In this document: piece by piece, positions 1-13,200 of the stretch | Layout of the letters: each line of letters begins with the position of its first letter | Position numbering within the stretch: position 1 is the stretch's first letter | NCBI RefSeq assembly: GCF_964355755.1 | Contig: NC_092672.1 | Coordinates: 558,001-622,000, forward strand | Direction: 5' to 3' | DNA length: 64,000 bases | Source of the DNA: Antedon mediterranea | Taxonomy: Eukaryota; Animalia; Echinodermata | Notes under the pieces: model-generated | Database searches by the model: none | Seen by the model: only the letters and a program-made list of their open reading frames with translations | Told to the model about the DNA's origin: nothing | Program-made: the position numbers and the translations under genes

Positions 1-90
1 GAAAACAAATTAGTCAATTTGCAACATAAAAATAAATAATTATTTTACTGTGTTCGAAATAGTTAGAAACAATAAATCTATGTTACACAC

Positions 91-3000
91 CTTATCTTCT
101 TCTTTGGTTACTAGTTTCCGTAAAGAAAATTTCCCTACAAAAAAACCAAAATGAGTTTTGTTTAAATTTCCATAAATCAAACACCATGTTGTCACATACA
201 GTTTGATAGTGTGAACAGAGTTTAGATACCTTTTGCCTTGTGTTGTGCGACCTCTGGATCAGGTTCATATTCTGCTACAAATTGTCCCAAAGAATTCACA
301 GTACCAAAGCTCATAGGCCTACAAGAAAAAACAAGATTAAATTGATGAGTTGACTTTCTTTTATTGTTCTAAAAATGAATACAAAATGTTCTAGTAATAA
401 ACTATTAAGAACAATAATTGTAAAAGTGTGTCTACTAACGATTGGTTTGGCCTTGTCCACAAAGAGCTTGGGTTCAAAACTCCCGAGTCTATTGTAAAAT
501 CATTCATTTCAAATAAAGTCTTCACTTTCCCTTCTGCTAATAAAGTATTCTTATTAGCTGATTGGTCAGTAGTTGACTGGCCTGCTCCACTTGTGTTGGA
601 GGGGTGTGTGCTAGTATCTGATGAAGGAACTTTAATTTCACTCTTAATTTGGTTTACTAATTCAGATAAGAACAGGTAGTATAAATCACTTGTGAGAAAG
701 CCAGGAAAATGAACCTATGAAAAAATCAATTAATAAAATTCACTTGAGAAAAAAATCGAACAAGATCAAATCAATGCTTTGGTAATAATTTGTACCTTCT
801 ATCTGTAGATAAATTTTTCTTTCTTCATAATTTTGTGTATTTAATTTTTTTATTTCATTTAAAAACACATCCAACAGCAAGAAGCCAATTAGTTTTACAG
901 GATGCCTTATATTATAAAACAATATAAAACAACAAAGCAGAAATATTTAAATGTCATATAAAATATCATAATACTTATAGAAATCATTACAAGAATGATA
1001 ATATTTATATAAATACATAGATTAAAGGTGTTTCATTGAAAAGTGGAGTCTCTTGGAATACTAATAAGGAGTATTTCCTCTCTATAGAATCAGCAAGCAA
1101 AAATTATTAATGTACGTAAATGGTCTCCTGAAGCCGAGGAAGCCCTGATAGCGGAATTTGAATCTACCGATTGGGATATTTTTACGGAGGATGAAGATTT
1201 GAATAGTATTACTTATGCAGTGAGCTCGTACATAAACTTTTGTATTGATAAATGCGTTCCAGTTAAAAAAGTGAAAATCTACCCTAACAACAAGCCATGG
1301 ATCACGAAAGGCGTTAAATTACTGTTGTGTGAGAAACGTAAAGCCTTTAAGATGGGCGACTCTAATCGTATGAAAATATTGACTAGAGAGATTAAATCTG
1401 AAATAATGAAACAGAAGAACATTTATAGGAAAAAAGTTGAACATAACTTCAGGTCTAATAATATGAAACAAGTTTGGCAGGGTATGAAACTTATGAGTGG
1501 TTACACAAACGGTGGTAATACACCCACCTCGATTCCGAATGTTACTGTGCAATATGTTAATGAGTTAAATGAATTTTATAACCGTTTTAATGTTCATGAT
1601 TTTAAAAAAGAAAGAGAGGCTCTATTTAGCTTGTGTCGGGTGACTGAAGATGATCCCAAATTTAGTATAAGCATTTCTGATGTACATAACGAATTCATGA
1701 AACTCAATTCATCGAAGGCTGCTGGGCCGGATAGAATCCCACCACGAGTACTTAAGGTCTGCTCTCCTCACCTTGATGGTATATTTACATTTATTTTCAA
1801 TATGTGTCTTTCTTATCATGCGTTCCCGGATATTTGGAAACTTTCATGCATAATACCGGTACCTAAGAAACCTAAGATTAACTGCATGAATGATTTGAGA
1901 CCCGTTGCACTCACGTCTGTCGCGATGAAAATATTGGAACGTATTATTTTAAAAATTATGCAACCTTATGCTGAAAAAGTGTTAGACCCGTTGCAATTTG
2001 CTTACCGATCACTCCGTAGTACCAGTGATGCGATTTATTTTAAATTACATAAATTGTATTCACATCTAGATAATGTAAAGAAAGGCCACTCGGCACGTAT
2101 TATGTATTTTGATTTTCAATCTGCGTTTAATACCATACAACCCCATATCTTAGCAGACAAAATGTTGAATATGGAGTTTCCCCGTCCGATTGTTCGTTTA
2201 GTTTTAAATTTCATTTGTGATAGAAAACAATTTGTTAATATTAATGGTGTTAAGTCAGAAATCGTAACCTCTGACACCGGTGTTCCTCAGGGTACTGTCA
2301 ACGCACCTAAATTATATTCCTTGTATACGGCGGATTACAGATCTTTAAATGATGAGCTTTGCCCCGTTGTTAAATTCGCTGATGACACTAGCACTATTGG
2401 TCTCATAGTTTCAAACAATGATGAAAATTATCGTAGCGAAATACAAAGATTTGTTAAATTTTGTGACGATAATTATCTCCAAATAAATGCATCAAAAACA
2501 AAGGAGATGATCATTGATTTTAGGACTAAACATAAATTTAATTTTCAACCAATCACTATCAAAGGTAAAGAAATTGAAATTGTTGACCAGTACAAGTATC
2601 TAGGAATTGTTTTCAATGATAAACTGAGTTGGGGAGACCATATAGACTTCATCAGCAAAAAATTAAGTCCCAGAATGTATTGTATGAGAACTTTATATAA
2701 ATTTAACTCCTGTGATTTGATGTTATTTTCGTTCTATAGATCCGTTATATGTAGTGTTTGGACGTATTGCCTCTCCTGTTGGGCTGGTAATGTTACCGGA
2801 GGGAATAAAGGACGCCTTGAAACTTTCATCCGTCGGGCTGGTAAAATGATTGGTCTGGAACTGCCTTCCTTTACCGATGTGCACCTAGAACACCTCCAGA
2901 AAGATTTCGAACGCATTGAGTCGGATGCCTCTCATCCTCTCCACAAAGTGATCATAGACCAACTTAATCCAAGTGGTAGATTGAGGCTCCTCAGTGTGAA

Positions 3001-6000
3001 AACAAATCGATTTGCTAAATCCTTTATTCCCTCCGGTATCATCCAGTACAACAGGAAGTCAAGAAGATAATTTTATATTGTAATTTTTTAGATGTTTTTA
3101 TATGAATGGTTTTATGCTATATTTGTTTTTATAGTGTTTTCTTTGTCATTATGACGAGCAATGAATTTCCTTTTTGAGGATCAATAAAAGTTATCTTATC
3201 TTATCTTATCTTAAGCATTCTCATAATTGTAATATTGTTAGTTTGATTATTTAAAGAAAATTATCAAGAAACATACAGATTCTATAGTCATCAACGCCTG
3301 TTGTTTAGCAGTTGCGAAGCAGTCTGGTAGAGGGCCTTCTTCTCTGCATATATTACTCTCGACCTCTAACCTCACATTGTCACTGAATCCTAACGGGTCA
3401 GTTGCTTGCAGAGAAAAGTACCTATAAAAGATGGGTAATTATTCTATAACAAATTCACTACTACAAAACTTCATTATCATAGAGCAGCATTGTCCATAAT
3501 ATAATATTTTGGACTTACTTATCATAGAGCACCATTGCCCATATATAATATTTTGGACTTGCTTATCATAGAGCACCATTGCCCATAATATTTTGGACTT
3601 ACTTATCATAGAGCAGCATTGCCCATATATAAAAATGTGGACTTACTTATCATAGAGCACCATTGCCCATATATAATATTTTGGACTTACTTATCATAGA
3701 GCAGCAATGTCCATAATATAACATTTTGGACTTACTTATCATAGAGCACCATTGCCCATATATAATATTTTGGACTTACTTATCATAGAGCACCATTGCA
3801 TCACTCTGCGCCTCCATCCCATCATACTGACCCTCTTGGGTTAGCAGTTGTTGTTGAAAGTTATCAGCCGCAAGGTAAAATTGAAGAAGATTAAGACACT
3901 TCTCTTGTTCCATGTACTACGGTAGGTATATTAAATGATAGGCTGCTTGTTAGGATCTGTCTACACTATCAAACTAGTTTGACAACAAAGTGTAATGTGC
4001 CCAAATATTGTAGTGATATAACCAAATAATGGTAGTGATATGACATTATTATGTCCATAAATGGGCACATCACATTTGTTTGTCACATAAAGTTTGATAG
4101 TGTAGACAGAGCTTAACACAATACTTTCTACTGCATTATCTATATCATAGTTACATAATAACATTATTGTACAACATAAAATAAATGTTTTACCTCCATA
4201 AAATGGAACATAGCAGTGTCATTGAATAGGATATCAGCCAAGTACACTTTGCCACTTGTTAAGATATCTACCTGATATTTGGCATGAAATTCACTACTCA
4301 TAAATGCTGGAAAATATCTGCAATAAATAAAATAATTTTATTAATGTAGCTTTTTATAACATTTATTAATGTTAACTTAAATTTTCAGAATTGGTAGCTT
4401 TGCACCAGGAAGCTAAGTTAATTGGTTAGACGTTTAATTATTCTCAAATGTAAAATTAAGTAAGATTAGTGCATTTATCTAACAAAATAAGATTTATGGA
4501 ATTATGAGAAAAGCCTATTTAAATAAATATATCAAATGTGTTTTTCTTTTCAAAGTTTAAACAAAGTTAAAAAATCAACTTGAAATTATTCACACAATAA
4601 GACAGACATTCTTAAAACTGAAAACTTTTTAGATCAAAATTGTGCTTACATGGTCTCTAATGCTTCATATACAAACTGGTGAGCAGGACCAAAACTCTTA
4701 GGGTCAGGCTGGTCATTCTCAGGACATATTTTAGCTTTTAAAAAAAACAATCAATATTTTAAGTTGAAGATATGATAGCAGATTACAATCAAGTGGATTT
4801 TGAATACATACTATCATTACAGTCCTATCACTACCATATTTAGGGATATGTATCACTACCATATTTGGGGTTATCACTACCATATTTGGGGATATCACTA
4901 CCATATTTGGGTACATCACCCTATTTTGTCAAACAAGTTTCAATTTCTTGAAAACATTTTTTCAACTTGACCTTTGATAAGTGCTCAACTATAAATCAGT
5001 GGTACTTAACTTAATGCTGTTATAAATGATAAAAGCACTTACTGGTCGGAATGTCAAAAGGTCAAATATTAAGTCTAAACAGACAATTATATGACATGTT
5101 AAGTTGTCTTTTACATGTGCGCCACTCAGACTAGGTTTTGAAATTGGTTTAATTATAAATACAATTAAATCTAGCATTGTATTAATGTGTATGCTTAAAT
5201 ACTGCATATAAGTGTTAAACACTTACGTAAGTCTGACCTAGGAAAAGTTATTTTTATCTCATAGTTTAACTTATTAGCCTTAATGCTATAATCAAGTTTA
5301 AAAGTAGAAACCAACAGAGAATATCTAGGATAGAATGAAGTTAAACAAGTCATTACAGTGGGAATGTATACAAATTACCTATAACTTGTAATCTCATCTC
5401 TTCACCAATGCCCACAGGATACGGAGCATCTTTGCATAAGTAAGTTGTGTAAATGTTCATTGCATCACGTTCAATTGCTGCAAACATGAAAATAAAATAC
5501 AATTTTCACTTAGAACTTAAGTAGTTTACATTAAAGTATATAACCTAAAGCCATTTTGTAGGCAATAGAAGGTATCCATTTACAAAACATGATGTAAACT
5601 GTATATAAATAATATAAATGTCAGTTTCATTTCATAAACTACATTAATTTAAAAGGCTCTGAATTTCAAAATGTAAAGGGAATTATTTTACAATTAAAAG
5701 ATTTACAATGCCCTGAATGTGTATTATTTTACACAGAAATCACAGATTCACAAGACCCTGAATGTGTGATCGTACACAGAAATCACAGATTCACAAGGTC
5801 CTGAATGTGAATTATTTACAATTGAAAGATTCACAGGGCCCAGAAAATGTATTATTTTACAAATAAATCACAGATTCACAAGGCCCTGAATGTGTATTAT
5901 TTTACACCAACTTAATTCAGTGAAGGCTAATTGTTAATTAATAATTAATTATCCAAACTTACGAGTTCTAGGGTCCTGAAACTTAGTTTGATTTTTTTGT

Positions 6001-7942
6001 AGACTATTAGTGTCTTTTGCACACTGTACATCCCCAGCAGCAGCATCTTCGGACTTTTCCACAAGTTTAGCTAGGCCTACCACCGAGTCCGACTTGGAAC
6101 GTGTATGGGTCTTCTCGTGAAGCAATACACTAGAAACACCTTTTCCTTCTATCGGCCTAGATGTCGTATCGCTAACATTTGAGTTGTTATTCATTGTCTC
6201 ATTTGGTATCATTTTGGCAGGATTTTCAGTTGGTGATGAAATGACTATATTTGCACAATTGGTGGGAGATGTTACTGAAGAAGAGTTATTAGTCAGGGAA
6301 GTCTTTAATCTGTTTATAGATTCAGTTCGTATACGAGACCAAGATGCCCGGCTAAAACTTTCGACAGCAAGCCAAAATCTAACCAAATGTCCGCATTTTT
6401 GTGAACTCATATATTGAATAAAGTAAGGTAAAGCACCATTGTCATTTAAAACTTCATTTAGTGTCCTTGATAGACGAGATTTGGCAACAATTTCACTTTT
6501 ACGAGTTGTTGTTCCTGAAAATGAAATCAGAAATGCACTTAATGTTTCTTTAACTTCTGAGGTCTTCATTAAGATCACTAAATGATGCTGTATATGTGTA
6601 CAAGTACATTATTTCCATTTTAATGTTTAATGTATTGACATTTTTTTTACTTTAAATTAATGAATTCATTCATCTTTTATTTCGGAAAAAAATTATTCTC
6701 TATAGGCTAGCGTAATAACAGCATCGACACAATTCGCTACCTTACTACGGGTACTGGTTAAAGTAACCATCTACATAGAGACATCTGGTAGCAATTGACA
6801 TCAAGTTGGCATTTAAATTAATGCTACTTTTAAGTGTAATACACAACTTTTTTTAGAGTGACATACCACAGACTGTAATGTGGTTACTAATAAAAAGGTG
6901 TCTAATTTAAAATCGTTTTAGATAATAATAGAGATAACTATTATGTTTGTTAAATAAAATAATAATTAATAAAAAAAGACAATATTTAAAATTATGAATA
7001 CCGGTAAGACAATTTTTTCAATTTTGTTTAAATTTGGAAAGTTTTTTTAATTCAAATTATTTAAGCGAAGCGTACCTGATCCTAGATCACCATACTTAGA
7101 TTCGTCATCACTTTTCTTTCTCACTAATGGGTTTTGCCTCGGTATACCACCTCCTCCAGGTACCACATTAGAATTAATGCTGGCTCTCTTTTCATTAATG
7201 GCACCTAAGTTTTCCCCATTTGGTAACTGGGTATGACCTTTTGATAAACCACCACTTTCCTGATGACGATTTTTGTGAGGAACATTTTCGGGTTTCTTTT
7301 CTATTAAGAAAATAATTTGAAAAAAAATCATAACACAGTAAATGAAATTTTGTGGGATGACAAATTTAACTTGAAAATCTTGATCTATGATAGAGTAAGT
7401 GCCAAACAAAAGCTATATTATTACTTAGTATTAATATAAAATACTTCATTAATAGGTCAATTCAGCATGGCCATGATTTAGACTATATTAGTGTTTATTA
7501 TTAAAATGTTTTATGAGTACTGCAAACTCTTGTTGACATTTGACTTTTTACTTTAAAAAAACTAGGAAACACACTTAGGCCTAATTAAAATTAAAAGTGA
7601 TGACAGCCTTCTTCTTGCTCTCTTTTGTTTGTTGCCGTACAAAGAATTTATATTCATTAATTATTATATAGGATACAAAGCATCTGATTGCCCAATAAAA
7701 GTCTTTGTTTTTACCCATTCCTCCATCGGATGAATACGAATACACTTCACGTGTTCACAGTTTTTTAGGCCTAATGTACGGGGATGGGCTAGGCCTAGGC
7801 CCTCCTCTAGCTAAATGCTAAGCCTAGCCCTGCTGGGTCAGGCCTAGCCTAGAAAGTCATTGAAAGTGTCAGTGTGACACAGTCCAGTGGAGGCTAAAAA
7901 TGTATTGATATTTTTACCTGATTTTCTCCGAAATAACGGCAT
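91..7942 (-). CDS. AKAP10: A-kinase anchor protein 10 (D-AKAP2, RGS domains); 3' end lies beyond the window start
   Basis: Phase-consistent GT-AG exons: 7918-7942 (MPLFRRKS), 7076-7300, 5963-6514, 5379-5477, 4650-4734, 4194-4317, 3780-3916, 3277-3421, 440-714, 230-318, 91-134. Peptides KYQVDILTSGKVYLADILF, YMEQE..LQFYLAADNFQQQL, DAMVLYDKYFSLQATDPLGF and MSFGTVNSLGQF match AKAP10 as I recall it. Confidence 0.93.
1100..3212 (+). mobile_element. 5'-truncated non-LTR retrotransposon of the Rex1/Babar (CR1-group) clade, in an AKAP10 intron, antisense to the host
   Basis: Frame open from about 1100 (VRKWSPEAEEALIAEFESTDWDIF) to 3070. RT motifs KAAGPD, LRPVALTS, QFAYR, DFQSAFNTI, GVPQG, KFADD, YKYLG. 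3' UTR ends AATAAAAG + (TTATC)n. Possible target-site duplication AAGCA at 1095-1099 and 3213-3217. No endonuclease domain. Confidence 0.92.
1199..3070 (+). CDS. LINE ORF2 reverse transcriptase, N-terminally truncated but uninterrupted
   Basis: 623-aa ORF in the track (TTG start, not a true start) with the full RT motif set and no stops or frameshifts. Confidence 0.9.
   Translation: MNSITYAVSSYINFCIDKCVPVKKVKIYPNNKPWITKGVKLLLCEKRKAFKMGDSNRMKILTREIKSEIMKQKNIYRKKVEHNFRSNNMKQVWQGMKLMSGYTNGGNTPTSIPNVTVQYVNELNEFYNRFNVHDFKKEREALFSLCRVTEDDPKFSISISDVHNEFMKLNSSKAAGPDRIPPRVLKVCSPHLDGIFTFIFNMCLSYHAFPDIWKLSCIIPVPKKPKINCMNDLRPVALTSVAMKILERIILKIMQPYAEKVLDPLQFAYRSLRSTSDAIYFKLHKLYSHLDNVKKGHSARIMYFDFQSAFNTIQPHILADKMLNMEFPRPIVRLVLNFICDRKQFVNINGVKSEIVTSDTGVPQGTVNAPKLYSLYTADYRSLNDELCPVVKFADDTSTIGLIVSNNDENYRSEIQRFVKFCDDNYLQINASKTKEMIIDFRTKHKFNFQPITIKGKEIEIVDQYKYLGIVFNDKLSWGDHIDFISKKLSPRMYCMRTLYKFNSCDLMLFSFYRSVICSVWTYCLSCWAGNVTGGNKGRLETFIRRAGKMIGLELPSFTDVHLEHLQKDFERIESDASHPLHKVIIDQLNPSGRLRLLSVKTNRFAKSFIPSGIIQYNRKSRR
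3474..3800. repeat. About 43-bp tandem repeat (about 8 copies) containing an AKAP10 exon end plus 5' splice site
   Basis: Unit ttatcatagagcaccattgcccatatataatattttggacttac. On the minus strand it reads GCAATGGTGCTCTATGATAA|GTAAGT. Confidence 0.9.
3953..4113. mobile_element. Harbinger/Tourist-like MITE, family A
   Basis: TIRs TCTGTCTACACTATCAAACT ... AGTTTGATAGTGTAGACAGAGCT; flanks TTA/TAA. Confidence 0.8.
4825..4940. mobile_element. Family A MITE internal fragment (21-bp subrepeats)
   Basis: Four to five copies of atcactaccatatttggg, same as the family A interior; TIRs mostly lost. Confidence 0.65.
5690..5906. repeat. Degenerate ~45-bp tandem repeat in an AKAP10 intron
   Basis: Recurring ccctgaatgtgtattattttacacagaaatcacagattcacaagg. 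Confidence 0.75.
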
Positions 7943-8725
7943 TCTCACAATTCAATATCTGAACTACCGATCCTATATCATGAAAAGAAAAGACATGCTA
8001 CGTTTTCATCGTAATTTACACGATTTAGCAGGTAGATTTCCTCAAAAAAGCACCATACCATATCATAAATCGTAAATCTTTTCCTTATCAATATCTGACC
8101 TGCCATCATCGAACTTCGATCAAAAAAGTGAATAGCGCCCTCAATCCAACTTTTAAGAAAGATCTCAAACAACAATAATTTCTTTTTACCATATTAATTT
8201 TAATATTTATATATTTTCAGCATGTCTATCTTTAACCTTTTAATTTATAATGGTTAAATTAATGAGAGATGTAAAATCAAAATTCTATTTTCTGTATTTA
8301 TATTAATTGCTAGTACTGTAAGCAATACAGTACGGTACATTAAACTTACCCCAGCAAATGATATCTCTTCACAAATTAAACAATTATTCACACACTTAAA
8401 ACTAGAAAGGAAAGAAATATGTGTAAACTAAAAAAACAAAATACAAAATTGTGTATTTTCTTTTTAAAAAAAAGAAATTACAATTTAAAGCAAATACAAC
8501 ATTATGCAGTATTGCTCATGTGGTTCCCAAATTTGAAATTAAATTACAAATTAAATTCACACTGGACACTGTTTCACAAAAAAACTAAAATGTTGACAGA
8601 TCTTACAATAATGAAGTATGAATATTTTCTTATGGTTCGAAATTACCAAATTATTCAATCTGAAAACCCGTCTGAGACAGGAAATCAGGTGTTTTAGTGT
8701 TTTTTGTGGGGTGTTGACTGCTTAA

Positions 8726-8853
8726 AGCTCTGTCTACACTATCAAACTAGTTTGACAAAGAAAGTGTGATGTGCCAAATATGGTAATAATATAAACATCA
8801 TGTCCATATATGGGCACATAGCATACAGTTTGATTGATAGTGTAGACAGGTCT
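8726..8853. mobile_element. Family A MITE
   Basis: AGCTCTGTCTACACTATCAAACT left TIR, degenerate right TIR, TAA on both sides (8723-8725, 8854-8856). Confidence 0.8.
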
Positions 8854-9069
8854 TAATCACAACAACAAGATAATCTAGGCACTTAATTACACTGTCAGTA
8901 TCACAGTAAGATGGTTTGTAAAATAAAAACTTGTCTAAATACAAATCTCAATATGAAGACTAAGTCCTTTAAAACTAACTTTCAATTATTCCTTATTTTA
9001 GTAAATAATTTTAATATTTTCTATATTAATTATAAAGCATCCTATCAGGCATATACCATAATACTGACA

Positions 9070-9202
9070 TATGAGTTTAAATGTAATGAGTAATCATGAG
9101 TAATGAGTTTAAATGTAATGAGTAATCATGAGTAATGAGTTTAAATGTAATGAGTAATCATGATGAGTTTAAATGTAATGAGTAATCATGAGTAATGAGT
9201 TT
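9070..9202. repeat. ~32-bp minisatellite, about 4 copies
   Basis: atgagtttaaatgtaatgagtaatcatgagta repeated. Confidence 0.85.
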
Positions 9203-9930
9203 GGAACAAAACCACTGAAGCAGAGTTGATACCTTGAGTTCAAGCTATTGTTGTATACAGTCTAAGCTAGTTATTTAAGGTAACCCAAAAATTAACAGTT
9301 ACAAATTAACTAATAATTAACTGATAAACTGCCTGTGGGGTTCAACAGATTCCAATCAAAAATTAAATTATAATTATCTCATTCAAATCAGATTATTGGA
9401 CAAATGCGACAATTTTTAATTTTTTACCTGAAGGTCAAATTTTTGCGATGTGATTGGGCATCTGGTTGTTTGGTAATGACTGATCATGCACACTTTATTG
9501 GTTAAAACATTAACCGATAATTTTGTTTTGCCTGCAGAAACAGCCTTAGTTAGCTCTTGAAGTTAGCCCTCTAGTTGTATAATAACTCAATGGCAACATT
9601 TAATAATTTAAATCTGTTGAATATTTGAATACTTAATATATACAACATTTGTAACACTCTGAAGTTCTTACCAATACAATTACATAACATTACAATATTA
9701 TCCCGTTTCTCCTAAGAAAATGTCATTAATAATACAGTACTTAACGATTAGATATTATTTTCATGTAAAATGGTAAACACAATTAATTGGCTTTAGATTC
9801 TAGTAGCAATATAAATCAACTTGATGTACAGTACAATTAGCAAGTCAAGCACTGTAAACACAGCTGCAATACAAATGCTTATCTGTCAAAGCTATATCCA
9901 CAATAACTAATGCCACACTGCAGCTGCTAA

Positions 9931-10197
9931 AGCTCTGTCTACACTATCACTTTATGTGATGTGCCCATATACGGATACGATGATGTCACATCACTACCAT
10001 AGTTGGGCATATCACTACCATAGTTGGGCACATCACTACCATATTTGGGCACATCACCACCATATTTGGGCATATCACTACCATAGTTGGGCATATCACT
10101 ACCATATTTGGGCACATCACCACCATATTTGGGCACATCACCACCATATTTGGGCACATCACCACCATATTTTGTCAATGAAAGAGTAGCCAGAGCT
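9931..10197. mobile_element. Family A MITE with an expanded internal 21-bp array, just downstream of the RNF10 stop
   Basis: TAA flanks at 9928-9930 and 10198-10200; about 9 copies of catcactaccatatttgggca inside. Confidence 0.82.
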
Positions 10198-10233
10198 TAA
10201 TAATTAGGATAGTCACATCAAACATAGTAGCTG

Positions 10234-13200
10234 TTACTTGAACCGTTGTCCAGCTGTAGAGAAGAGGAGTTGTTTTTGTTTCTTTTTTCCTTTCTTTCCT
10301 TTTTTACCGCCTGGAGAGCCTTCAGGTGATGCCAGTCGTTCATCTATAAAGATAATACAATTGATTAACTATTATTTTACAGGTACCAGTTAATGTAATT
10401 TCTTTATAATGTACCAGTTAATGTAATTTCTCTTTAATGTACCAGTTAATGTAATTTCTCTTTAATGTACCAGTTAATGTAATTTCTCTTTATAGTATAA
10501 TTCAATAAACACTGAAAAATGACAGTGATGTGGGTATTAGTGGCTAGATCTCAATGGAGATAATGAAAATAATGATATTGCATTAATGTACTTTTAAAAA
10601 ATAAATTGGTTTATAAATTTTATTTTGAAGGAATAATTAATACAATTGAAATAAGTTGACATTTGTGCTACTTTTCCTTCAAGCTTAAACTTTTCTATTT
10701 ATTTAATTTTTATTATTTATTTTCTTTTTATATATGTCAACTACTGTTGTATCAGTAAAATCTGAATCTCTCTGCTTTGAACTAATTTAAATTTGGTAGT
10801 TTATATAAAAACTACAAAAGAACTGACCTAGTTTTTCAGTTTGACCTTTCATGGCTGCTTTATCAAGGGCATCCTGAATAGCATTACTGAACGAGTCCTT
10901 GTACGTTGGCACTGGAATATAATCTTCATTTTCATCATCACTTCCATCAGGGCCTAGAGGAGGAGCAGCAGACCTATGCCAGACTGGAGCAGCTGCAGCC
11001 AGGGTTGGCTTGGGGTTCTGGGACAGATTAGGCCAGGCTTCTTGCGGCTTAGCTGAGGCAGTCCGTAACATCTACCAAAATAAGAATATATATATATTGA
11101 GATCAAACTTTATAATGGTAAATTATGGCTGTAATATTTAACATAGAAGTTAAAAAAAAAAAAAAAACGATTTTCAACTCACTCACCTGTGCAAATGAAG
11201 GAACAGCAACATGATATGAATTTTCAACATTTCCCAATTCCTTATCACCTAAAAACATTTACATTTTAATATTAGATAAATGTAATGTATCTACATTCAA
11301 GTGTCAAACAGTATAAAATCAACAAGGGTTAACAATGTATACATTAGATAACATGGCTAGTAAGCAGACATTAACATCTAATTATATCTTGTATAAAACC
11401 AAATTCATGTATGAAAGAAACTAAAGTTACTTACAGTTGCCCGAAGACTCAGTATCAAACACCGCATGACTCTCATCTTGAGGAGAAGCTGACTCAATGG
11501 ACAAAGTTGGAGAAGACACTTGTACCTCATCTTCTTGAGCAAAATCTGGAAAATGTCTATGACTCTGCATGGACATTCTTGGCGATGGATCTACAAAAGG
11601 CATTTTATATCAGTTATATTTAGTATCAGTATTTTGTTATTGTAAAAAACTTTAAATTTATAAGGAAACACTGTTTTTGTGTCAGTGCAGCGATTGCCCG
11701 TTTTGACCACAAGTTGATGAGATGGGATTTAACTACCAAATTTGAATCAAAACATAATCAAAGACAACTTACATTTCCCTTGCCTTCTTCCTTCTTCAAG
11801 TTCAATTTTCTGTGATCGTTTTTTTTCTTCTCTCACTTTTTTATCCCTAGCTCTTTTCTTCCTTTGAAATTCATCTACAAAATGACAAACGTCCATGTTA
11901 GCATAAAACATAATAACTTACGTCCAACAAATAGCTCTTTATTGCCATTGTATGCCAATATGTGTACATATTATTTTTTAATGGAAAAAACTTACCTGAA
12001 AAAGCTTTGATGGTTTCCTTGGAAACGAGTGGTGGTTTAAGCTTCAGTTCACACACCCGGAACTCACAGGTCAACGGCAGATGCTTCAGATAGCGATAAC
12101 GTTTTCTGAGTTCTTGGGTCATTGTTAGGTGTTCAATTTCAATGACTTGACCACTGATTGTTTCTGGACATTCACTAAGACTTCCATATTCACTAACTAA
12201 GCATCTTGCATTCAGTGAGTGGACGTACAAGTGTTGGCTGTCAGCAGCTAAAAAGGAAATCAACATTTTCTTTTTATGTTGAACTATTAAAGTCATCATT
12301 TTGGGAAATTGGACATCACACACAACAGCATGATTGCATACTTCTATTCCTTTGCATTTTTTATGAAATTGTCTTAATAATAAAATCAATATAATCTGTA
12401 TCAGTTTAATGGTTTCTTAAACTGTTATACAAGTCAAAGATGCTCTCCAGGTGAAATGAGTAGTAATTAGTACTTTTTTTTAATTAGTACTTAAAAAAAA
12501 ATTAATTTATAGGTCATTTTACTTTCTATGGACCAGAGATTCTGAATTAAAATATTGAATGAATGAATGAAATACCTTGATAGAAATAATAGGTGTGCTC
12601 TGTTTCACTACTTTGCCGACGACGACGGTTACCATCTTCTCTCCAACTACCATCTTTCTTAATATCGTTCACCGAATCTGGGGATTGTCCCATACTGCAT
12701 TCTACTTTCTTTACTTGTTTATCTGTATTATCTGGTGGTTGTGGACTTAAGGAAGGAGACTTAAATTGTTTAGTCTCATCTTCATCCAAATTTACAGATG
12801 CAAAAGACTCCTGGAAAAGAAGGAATCACTATGAATATTCAGAACATTTAATACTGTGCTGGAAACTTCAAAAGTAACTACTAAGTAAGTAACTACCAGC
12901 CTACACTAATTTATTTAGTAATACTCTGCCTACACTATCAAACCAGTTTGATTTAAAAAAAGTGTGATGTGCCTAAATATGGTAGTGATATCACTAAATA
13001 TGGTAGTGATATGACATCATCTCCATTAGGCACATCACATTTTTTTGTCACATAAAGTTTGATAGTGTAGACGGAGATTGCAGTTTCTCTAACCTCAGCT
13101 GATGTAGAAATATCAAAGTGTTGATCTTCTGCAAGATTGTCATCTGACTTTTCTACAAAATCCTCTGTCAATATTAAATGAAAAATAAAAAATAATAATA

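Noticed and set aside
428-679. Plus-strand ORFs overlapping minus-strand exons (also 6184, 12593, 33294, 38889, 61610)
   Set aside because: Antisense shadows of real coding exons.
7597-7687. C box GTGATGA ... D box CTGA, snoRNA-like
   Set aside because: Antisense to the host AKAP10 intron, no terminal stem, and no recognisable rRNA guide.
7715-7726. Alternative AKAP10 first exon (ATG G|GTAAAA)
   Set aside because: Phase-compatible but with no other support; 7918-7942 already gives the conserved FRRK start.
9939-10189. Repetitive ORFs (KYGGDVP, HHHHIWA, MVVMCPN)
   Set aside because: By-products of the 21-bp MITE subrepeat.
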